From: Gemmatimonadales bacterium
GTDB lineage: Bacteria > Gemmatimonadota > Gemmatimonadetes > Gemmatimonadales > GWC2-71-9
Length of the DNA: 64,000 nt
Assembly: GCA_041613315.1 (NCBI GenBank)
Contig: JBFJHJ010000009.1
Coordinates: 1 to 64,000 of the forward strand
Direction of reading: 5' to 3'
Shown here piece after piece: positions 49,582 to 56,847 of this stretch. The notes beneath the pieces are model-generated. The model saw only the letters and a list, made by a program, of their open reading frames with translations, did no database searches and was not told the origin of the DNA. Each line of letters starts with the position of its first letter. Positions within the stretch are counted from its first letter, which is position 1. Made by a program: the position numbers and the translations under genes.

Positions 49582-50550
49582 CTACCGCAGCGGCCGGGCT
49601 CTCCAGGCGGGCACCGCATCGAAGATGGGCGTCCCGTCAGGCTGTGTGGTGTTGAAGGTGAGCTGAGTCCTCCCGGTCCCGTCCGCATTGATGACGACGA
49701 TCTCTTCGTCGCCGTCGGCCGTGCTGTGGAATGCGATATGCTTGCCGTCGGGCGACCAGACGGGGTCATCGTCGTCAATGCCGTCATTGAACGTGAGCTG
49801 CGTGACGCCGCTCCCGTCCGCGTTCATGACGAACAGATCGATATCGCCCCCGTCGCGCGTGCTGCTGAACAGGATCCGCTTGCCGTCCGGCGACCAGCCC
49901 GCTCGATCGCCGAAGTCGAGCGCAGGATCGTCGGTCAGCCGGACAACCCCGCTCCCGTCGGCGTTCATGACGTAGATGTCCAAGTTGTCATCACGGAAGC
50001 TGCTGAAGAGAATCTGCTTTCCGTTGGGGGACCAGCCGGTCGGGAAGCCGCCGCCCAGGGTCAGTTGCGTCACGCCGCTCCCGTCAACGTTCATCACGTA
50101 GACTTCGCCGTCACGGCCGAAGGCAATCCGCTGGCCGTTGGGTGACCAGGCGCCTGGGAAGCCATTGTCGATCAGCACCTGCTCCCCACTCCCATCCGCG
50201 TTGATGACGACGACCTGACAGCGGTCAGGAAAGCATCTGCCGAACGCGATCTGTCTACCGTTCGGCGACCAGATGGGATCGAATTCGTGAACATCGTTGT
50301 GCGTCAGCTGGGTGACTTGGCTGCCGTCCGCGTTCATGGCGAAGATCTCGAAGTCGCCGTCGCGGCTGCTGTGGAACGCGATGGCGCCCTTGAGGCCATG
50401 GCCCGGGGCGTGGGTGAACCGGGGTCCGTCGAGTACCGGCGCGAGCCCGGCGTCCCGACACCCGGCGAGTAGGGCCCCGAGGACGACGAGAGGCAGCAGG
50501 GGTAGGACCCCTCTTCCAGGCGATGGCCTGGGATGCAGTGGGTGGTGCAT
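49582..50550 (-). CDS. TolB-like PD40 six-bladed beta-propeller lipoprotein
   Basis: Lipobox LAGC; six (M/I)N(A/V)DG(S/T) repeats with WSP.G..I.F; GGAGG RBS. Confidence 0.88.
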   Translation of the reverse strand: MHHPLHPRPSPGRGVLPLLPLVVLGALLAGCRDAGLAPVLDGPRFTHAPGHGLKGAIAFHSSRDGDFEIFAMNADGSQVTQLTHNDVHEFDPIWSPNGRQIAFGRCFPDRCQVVVINADGSGEQVLIDNGFPGAWSPNGQRIAFGRDGEVYVMNVDGSGVTQLTLGGGFPTGWSPNGKQILFSSFRDDNLDIYVMNADGSGVVRLTDDPALDFGDRAGWSPDGKRILFSSTRDGGDIDLFVMNADGSGVTQLTFNDGIDDDDPVWSPDGKHIAFHSTADGDEEIVVINADGTGRTQLTFNTTQPDGTPIFDAVPAWRARPLR

Positions 50551-50731
50551 GGGTTCCTCCTGGGTCGAGCATGGGGGTTGCCGCACGGCGGCGGCCAGGT
50601 GAGGGAAGCACCCCTGTCGCTGGCGGGCGGTCGGGTTGTCGGAGGGACGTCCAGGAGGGCGTCGATACGGCAGCAGGGCCGTGCTTGGCCAGCGGCGGAA
50701 TGCTCCCTAGAGCCGTCCGCCGAAGCGAATC

Positions 50732-50759
50732 AACGTACACATCGGTGGCATCTTGTCAA
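50732..50759 (-). promoter_or_regulatory. Putative promoter of the PD40 gene
   Basis: TTGACA-N16-TACGTT on the minus strand. Confidence 0.5.
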
Positions 50760-50956
50760 CTGAGGCCGTACCCGGGCTGGCTCGGAGGGCGCGGCCACAT
50801 CGCTTGGTCACAGCCTTGGCGAGCGGGGAACTCCGTCTCGACGCTGATGACCACTTGTACCTGAGTCAGTTGACCATTGGATCGACCGAGCTGGACAGTC
50901 AGTTCCAGGCGGACTTTGTGTTCTCCCTCGGACTGGCGATCGGCCTCGGGCGCTAA
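50753..50956 (+). pseudogene. Probable C-terminal remnant of an outer-membrane beta-barrel gene
   Basis: LRLDADDHLY...QADFVFSLGLAIGL looks like the last two barrel strands; no signal peptide or RBS. Confidence 0.5.
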
Positions 50957-51024
50957 CGCGGAACGGTCGACGGGGTGCGGAACAGTGAGTGAGGTGCGGG
51001 GTTTCTAGCCGTACCTCATTCCGG

Positions 51025-51924
51025 ATGCTCGACGTCGTGCTGGCACACTTCTGGGTCAGGTCGACGGCGCGACTCGCGCTCGCGGTGTCGCTCGTCGTGA
51101 CTCCCGGTGCGGGCGGTGCACAGCAGCCGCCGGCGCCCACCTCGGTGGGCGACCACGCGACGGTGCTGGGCGTGAATGTCGCCCTCGGCGGCGTCACGGC
51201 AGGCGTCTTTCAGCTCTTGCGGGGTGGCTCCTTCGGGAAGGGGTTCCTCGGCGGCAGCCTGGGCGGGGCGGTGGTGTACGCCGGCAAGCGGGTCGCGGGC
51301 CAGCAGTTCGACGGCGCCGGGCTCGTGGGTCGAGAGTTGGCGGCGGTCGGCAATTCGCTGGTCTACAACGCGGCCGAGGGAGGGCCGCTGCTCGAGCGCT
51401 TTATCGTGCCCCTGGGACCCATCCCGGTTCGCCTGCACCTCACCACGACCGGTGGGTTCGGTGTCCGGCCTACGGTGGACCTGGCCTCGGCGGGAGCGAT
51501 AGTGTACGGCCTCGTGGCGCCCGACGTTCGATTGGACATGGGTAGGAGCGTGTCCTCGGGCGCCGCGGTCTTCGTCCGGCCGGCCCGGCTACGGCCGCCG
51601 GGGACGGTGGTGGGAGGGCTTCCGCCGTCCGAGCGCATCGCGACGACAGTGGGGAGTGTCATCTTCCTCACGATCACCGCCGATGGCGACGCGCGCGTGC
51701 TCGCCCACGAGCAGGTTCACGTGCTCCAGTTCGACTTCGTGCTGGCGGCGTGGAGCGACCGCCTGGATGCCGCCATGTGGGACGGCGTCGCGGTCTTCGA
51801 CCGGTACCTCAGACTCAACACGCTGGCGACCGTGTTGGGCGTGGCCAGCCGGACGCTGTTCCTCCCGCAGGACCGAGACGGACTGCCGTGGGAGGTCGAG
51901 GCACGTCGCTTGGCCGGCCGATAG
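51025..51924 (+). CDS. Hypothetical exported/membrane protein with HExxH motif
   Basis: Signal-like N-terminus, Gly-rich hydrophobic segments, AHEQVH...PWEVEA; start uncertain. Confidence 0.65.
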   Translation: MLDVVLAHFWVRSTARLALAVSLVVTPGAGGAQQPPAPTSVGDHATVLGVNVALGGVTAGVFQLLRGGSFGKGFLGGSLGGAVVYAGKRVAGQQFDGAGLVGRELAAVGNSLVYNAAEGGPLLERFIVPLGPIPVRLHLTTTGGFGVRPTVDLASAGAIVYGLVAPDVRLDMGRSVSSGAAVFVRPARLRPPGTVVGGLPPSERIATTVGSVIFLTITADGDARVLAHEQVHVLQFDFVLAAWSDRLDAAMWDGVAVFDRYLRLNTLATVLGVASRTLFLPQDRDGLPWEVEARRLAGR

Positions 51925-51941
51925 GCGGCGCCACGCTCCCG

Positions 51942-52895
51942 ATGGATTTTCGTGAGGTCGTGCCCGAAGCGGAGCGCCGCATTCGGCCGCACGTGCGGGA
52001 GACGCCCCTCGTCCGATCCCCGCCTTTCAACGACGCCACTCGGGCCCGGGTCGCCTTCAAGCTCGAGAACCTCCAGCACACGGGGTCGTTCAAGCTCCGA
52101 GGCGCCGTCCACAAGCTGCTGACGCTCTCGGCCGACCAACGCGCGCGCGGTGTCGTCGCCGCCTCCACCGGAAATCACGGCGCGGCGATCGCGTACGCTG
52201 CGTCCCGCCTGCACACGCCGTGCCGCGTGTTCGTACCCGAGCAGGCGTCGCCCTCCAAGCTCGATGCGATCCGCCGCTCCGGGGCGGTGGTGGAGGTCTA
52301 CGGTATCGACAGCGGTGCGACCGAGACGCACGCGCGCGCCGTGGCCGGGGAGCAAGGGCTGGCGTACGTCTCGCCGTACAACGATCCAGCCGTGGTGGTG
52401 GGGCAGGGGACGATTGGGCTGGAGCTCGCCCGGCAGGCCGACCGAATCGATGTCCTGTACGTCGCGCTGGGTGGTGGCGGGCTCGTCTCGGGCATCGCCG
52501 GGTACCTCCGGACGCTCTGGCCGGGCGTGCGTGTGGTGGCGTGCTCGCCCGAAGCCTCGCCGGTCATGGTCGCGTCGGTTCGGGCCGGGCGGATCCTCGA
52601 GATGGCGTCCCAGCCGACGCTGTCCGATGGCACCGCGGGGGGCATCGAGCCGGATGCGATCACCTTCGATCTCTGCCGGCGCCTGGTGGACGAGTACGTC
52701 CTGGTCTCGGAGACGGAGATCGCGGAGGCGATGCGGCGCTATATGGACGCGCACGACGACGTCATCGAGGGCGCCGCCGGCGTCGCGGTCGCCGGCCTGC
52801 TCAAGACGGCGGACGCCTGTCGTGGGCGGCACGTGGTCGTGGTGATCTGCGGCGGCAACATCGGTCGCGACGTGCTACAGCGCGTGCGCGGATGA
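51942..52895 (+). CDS. PLP-dependent threonine/serine dehydratase (no ACT domain)
   Basis: KLENLQHTGSFKLRGA, STGNHG, GGGGL, CGGN. Confidence 0.93.
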   Translation: MDFREVVPEAERRIRPHVRETPLVRSPPFNDATRARVAFKLENLQHTGSFKLRGAVHKLLTLSADQRARGVVAASTGNHGAAIAYAASRLHTPCRVFVPEQASPSKLDAIRRSGAVVEVYGIDSGATETHARAVAGEQGLAYVSPYNDPAVVVGQGTIGLELARQADRIDVLYVALGGGGLVSGIAGYLRTLWPGVRVVACSPEASPVMVASVRAGRILEMASQPTLSDGTAGGIEPDAITFDLCRRLVDEYVLVSETEIAEAMRRYMDAHDDVIEGAAGVAVAGLLKTADACRGRHVVVVICGGNIGRDVLQRVRG

Positions 52896-52904
52896 GCCGC
52901 CGCC

Positions 52905-53840
52905 CTACGGGCCGTTGTGACGCCCCGGGTCGCCTTCGAGCAGTTCCAGCAGGTCTTTGGCGAAGAGCGACGTGAACTCGATCGCCATCTCGAAATGGTC
53001 TTCGAGGACGTCCAGAAACGGTTCGAGGTCGATGCGGAGCCCGACCACCGGTCCGTCGGCGACGGCGTCATACCACCGGAGTGCGGTGGCCAGCGTTTCG
53101 TGCATCCCGAGCGTCGTCGTCGGGCCGCCGCCAAAGGGGCGCGCCAGCTCGCCCGCCGAACACGAGACCGCGCCGCCCGCGATCAGCAAGAACCACGTGG
53201 CGGGCTCGTCGCGACGCCAGGCGGCCTCGCCCGCGGCGTAGCGCAGCTCCACGACGTGCCGCGCCAACTCCGACAGCGCGTCCACGCTGCTCGAGGGGAA
53301 CGCCGGCGCGCCGCGCAGCGCCAGAAGGCGCTCCACCAGGTTGAGCCGACGCTGGCCGGGCGGTAGCGTGCGCCCTTCCGCCGGTCCCAACCGCTGAGCC
53401 GTCGGCCGCCGCCTGAACTCCCCGAGCAGTCGTTCGGCGAGATAGCGCACGTACTGGAGCAGGATGGGGAAGTGCTGCTCGCAAATGTCGAGCTGCGCCT
53501 CCCAATCCAGCCGGAGCGCCAAGGTATCCGCGTCCGCCCGGGCCTCGATCCCGCGGGCCGCCTGGGCGAGCAGGTGGTGGAATCCCACGGCGTCTCCCGG
53601 TCCCGCCTCTTGCGCGCTCCGGCCGAGTCGCGTGACCGTGACCCGCCCATCGATCACGAGATAGAAGGCCTCCGCAGGCCATTCGGGTCGCAGCAGGTAG
53701 TTGCCGCGCGGGAAGAACTGTTCCTGCGCGTGCTGGGCGATCGTGCCGAGCTGGGTCGGTGTCAGCCGATCGAGCGCCGGCATCGTCCGGAAATGGAGGA
53801 TCCGGTCGAGGGGCCCCACAAAGACGGTGCGTTCAGGCAT
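52905..53840 (-). CDS. Tandem cyclic-nucleotide-binding domain protein
   Basis: Two cNMP-like repeats (FYLVIDGRV...GPGDAVG; FLLIAGGAV...TLG); no HTH; overlaps the upstream transporter gene. Confidence 0.8.
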   Translation of the reverse strand: MPERTVFVGPLDRILHFRTMPALDRLTPTQLGTIAQHAQEQFFPRGNYLLRPEWPAEAFYLVIDGRVTVTRLGRSAQEAGPGDAVGFHHLLAQAARGIEARADADTLALRLDWEAQLDICEQHFPILLQYVRYLAERLLGEFRRRPTAQRLGPAEGRTLPPGQRRLNLVERLLALRGAPAFPSSSVDALSELARHVVELRYAAGEAAWRRDEPATWFLLIAGGAVSCSAGELARPFGGGPTTTLGMHETLATALRWYDAVADGPVVGLRIDLEPFLDVLEDHFEMAIEFTSLFAKDLLELLEGDPGRHNGP

Positions 53841-56616
53841 CGAGCGCGCTCCCGAGAGGCGGGCCGCCGAGCGCGGTGGAGGCGAAGGCTAAGATCTCGG
53901 CGTGATCGTCGGAGAGCGCCAATCGACGGCGGAGGAGGGGCTCCATCCCATCCAACCCCAGCTCGGCAACGTGATATGCGGCCAGACTGCTGAGGGACTC
54001 GGTCGTGCTCCCGACGAGTTCCGCCAGCACCGTCTCGTACGCGTCGAGCTCGACGTCCTCGCCGCCCCGGAGCGCCGCGCCGCGTGGCTCGTAGAGATCG
54101 TCAATCAGCGTCAAGAGCGGTTCCCGCACGGGCGCGAACACCAGGTGTTCGAGTAGCTCGCGGCTGCTCGCCCGCGATTCGCGGCGTGGGCTGTTGAGCC
54201 CGCGATAAATGTGGAGGAAGTCCTCGTTGTCTGCCTCCAGATTGAGGAGGCGGAAGAGGCGCTCCAGGGCATGGTTTTGTTTGTCGCGCAGCAGGAGGAT
54301 CAGCAACTCGTACACGGCGGTGCGCCGTCCCGGGTGCGTCGTGGCACCGTGCTCCATCGCGTGGCGCCAGCGCATGAATCGGAACGCGACGGCCAGCGTC
54401 TGCTTGCTCGCCTGGGCCAGGAGTCCGGTATCGAGGGGCAAGGCGGGCTGCTCCTGTCGGAGACGGCCAAGGGACCGGAGGATCTTGAAGCGAATCATGC
54501 CGTCGGGCTCGTGGAGCAAGTGTTTCACGAGGAGATCGGCCGCGGCCACGGTCGCAAACGTGGCGATCGCGCGGGGCAGGTGCCGGCGGATGCCGTGCGA
54601 GAGGTTGTGATCCTTGAGCCCCGTGCCGAGCCGAGCGAGCGCGGTCGGCCCCAGCGCCGCTAACGTGGTGCGCGCCTCGTCGCGCAGGACGCGTTCCGCC
54701 AGCATGGTGACCAGGACCGGGATGAACGTGGGGCTCCGCACCTCGCGCATCGCGCGCACGGCCTCCAGCCGCACGTCGACTTCGCCACGGGCCGCGAGGG
54801 CACGGAGCGCGCCTTCGAAGACGGCCGCCGGCTGATGGCGCACGGCTTGGGCCAGCGCGAGGCGGGCCTCGGCGGAGCCCTCGCTGACGATGCGTTGCAG
54901 GGCGGCCTCCGCCTGCGCGCGGCCCAGCCAGCCGCCGGCGATGAGCCCTACCAGGGCCGTCGCCCGGACCTCCGCGGCGCGGTCGCGCAGGCCGCCGCGC
55001 AAGCGGCCTTCGTCGGGCGCGAGCACGGACTGGAGTCGCAGACTGCCGGCGCGTATCTGCGGGTTGGGATGGTTCAGGAGCCGATCTACGATCGGCAGGA
55101 CGTCGAGCCGTCCCGAGCGGATGAACAGCTCGAGCGCGTGTACGACGACCGGCGGCGAGGGGTGGTACAGAATGAGCGCCGGGATCACTCGCACTTTCCC
55201 CTGTGCGGTCAGCATGTCCAACGCTGCCATCACCTGACGGTCGTGGGGGGCGTTGAGCGTGCTGAGCAGGGTCTCGAGTGACGCGATGTCCAGCGCCGGG
55301 AACTCGATCCGGGTCTCGGTGATCTCCTCACTCAGCGTCTCGCGGAAGACGTCGAGATAGTGCGTCCGCAGATCGAGGGCGAAGAACAGCCATACCGCCG
55401 CGGTGAGCGAGGCCATCCCGGCAAACACGACCTCCCGGGTGGTGGCCGCGAGGGTGATCAAGATGAGCAACGACGCCAACGCCTGGCCGCCGCGCTGGCC
55501 GAGAACGTCGATGAACGCCTTCACGCGCGCGCGGAGCTCCGGCGCCATGGGCACGAAGAGCAGCTCGGTGCCCGTGCGGTGGAGCGAGTGCCGCAGGCTG
55601 CCGTCCACGCCTTTGAGGAGGAGCACCACCGCGAGGGTGCCCGCGATCACGAAGCCCACCGCGCCGAGGAGCAAGAGTGCCGGCGCGAATGCCACGGCGA
55701 TGTTCACGCCGAGGCGGCGGATCAACCACGCGACGATGAAGACCTGCACCCCCAGGGACAGCACGTTCAGCGTCAGATACACGCTCGCGAAGAATTCGCC
55801 CAGCTCGCCCGGCGCCACCAGCCGCGCCACGGTCATCTTGAACACGAAGTCCACGAGCGTGAACGTCACCGTCGCCAGGAGGACGAGGATCGCCACGCGG
55901 CGCAGGTACGGCCGAGACCAGACGATCTGTCCCACACGGGTCACGTCCCATCTCACCGCGGTGGTCGCACCGGGTTCGGCGGACGGGCCGCCGCTCAAGA
56001 GCCGCGGGCCCCACGACGCCACGAGGAACACGGCGGCGGCGGCGAGCACCACGTACTGCGCCGCAACCAGGCCGGTGAGGAGCCGCGCGATCGCGGAGCC
56101 GACGATCGCCCCCATCACGCTCCCCGACCCGATCACCGCAAAGACCCGCTTGGCTTGCGTCAGCGTGAAGAGACTGCCCAGGACGGTCCAAAAGCGCACC
56201 ACCACCAGCGTCGCGAGCACGCCCGACCAGGTGTAGAGCGCATAGAACACCCAGTCGCCCGCCCAGCCCACGAGCAGCCAGAAGCCGAACGTGATCACCG
56301 CCGACACGATGAGCCAGGCGCTGAGCTCGTGGCGATGCGCGAAGCGCCGCAGGATACGTGGTTGCCGCTCGGTGAGCGCGAGCGCCACGACGGCGATGGC
56401 GAGATAGACCCAGGGGAGTTGCGACGCCGGGAGCCTCGCGAGAAAGAGTGCGTCGCGGGCCGTCTCGAGCAGGGCGTGCCCGGCCATGAACCCGAACAGC
56501 GTGAGAAACGCCCCGAGGGCGTCTCGCCGCTCATCAGGGCGGATCCGGGCGACCGACCCCAAGATCCGTGCCGAGAGCATGTTGACGACGACCGAGTTTC
56601 TTGCCCTGGCGGTCAC
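53833..56616 (-). CDS. NTT/TLC (Npt1/Npt2-like) MFS transporter fused to HEAT repeats
   Basis: LETARDALFL, FW...AKRVFAVIG.G, SLRHSLHR..ELLFVP, KAFID...RGG, about 12 TMs, then HEAT-like helices; start may be 56580. Confidence 0.85.
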   Translation of the reverse strand: MTARARNSVVVNMLSARILGSVARIRPDERRDALGAFLTLFGFMAGHALLETARDALFLARLPASQLPWVYLAIAVVALALTERQPRILRRFAHRHELSAWLIVSAVITFGFWLLVGWAGDWVFYALYTWSGVLATLVVVRFWTVLGSLFTLTQAKRVFAVIGSGSVMGAIVGSAIARLLTGLVAAQYVVLAAAAVFLVASWGPRLLSGGPSAEPGATTAVRWDVTRVGQIVWSRPYLRRVAILVLLATVTFTLVDFVFKMTVARLVAPGELGEFFASVYLTLNVLSLGVQVFIVAWLIRRLGVNIAVAFAPALLLLGAVGFVIAGTLAVVLLLKGVDGSLRHSLHRTGTELLFVPMAPELRARVKAFIDVLGQRGGQALASLLILITLAATTREVVFAGMASLTAAVWLFFALDLRTHYLDVFRETLSEEITETRIEFPALDIASLETLLSTLNAPHDRQVMAALDMLTAQGKVRVIPALILYHPSPPVVVHALELFIRSGRLDVLPIVDRLLNHPNPQIRAGSLRLQSVLAPDEGRLRGGLRDRAAEVRATALVGLIAGGWLGRAQAEAALQRIVSEGSAEARLALAQAVRHQPAAVFEGALRALAARGEVDVRLEAVRAMREVRSPTFIPVLVTMLAERVLRDEARTTLAALGPTALARLGTGLKDHNLSHGIRRHLPRAIATFATVAAADLLVKHLLHEPDGMIRFKILRSLGRLRQEQPALPLDTGLLAQASKQTLAVAFRFMRWRHAMEHGATTHPGRRTAVYELLILLLRDKQNHALERLFRLLNLEADNEDFLHIYRGLNSPRRESRASSRELLEHLVFAPVREPLLTLIDDLYEPRGAALRGGEDVELDAYETVLAELVGSTTESLSSLAAYHVAELGLDGMEPLLRRRLALSDDHAEILAFASTALGGPPLGSALDA

Positions 56617-56847
56617 GGGTTTCCTAACACGTTGGCGGACTTCACGTTATACTTCGTGGCGATCGTCTGATCGCGCTGGTCGCCCGGGCGGGCGCCAGGA
56701 GACACGTTCTTGCACTCTGACAAGATGCCGACCGGGCGGCGCGAAACTGTGATCTTTGCCGATACCTGGAAGTCCAGATTCCTTGTATGTTATCGCCAGA
56801 GGCCGTCCCGGTTTCAGGGGGGGCCCCTTTTTCGTTACGGACGACCA

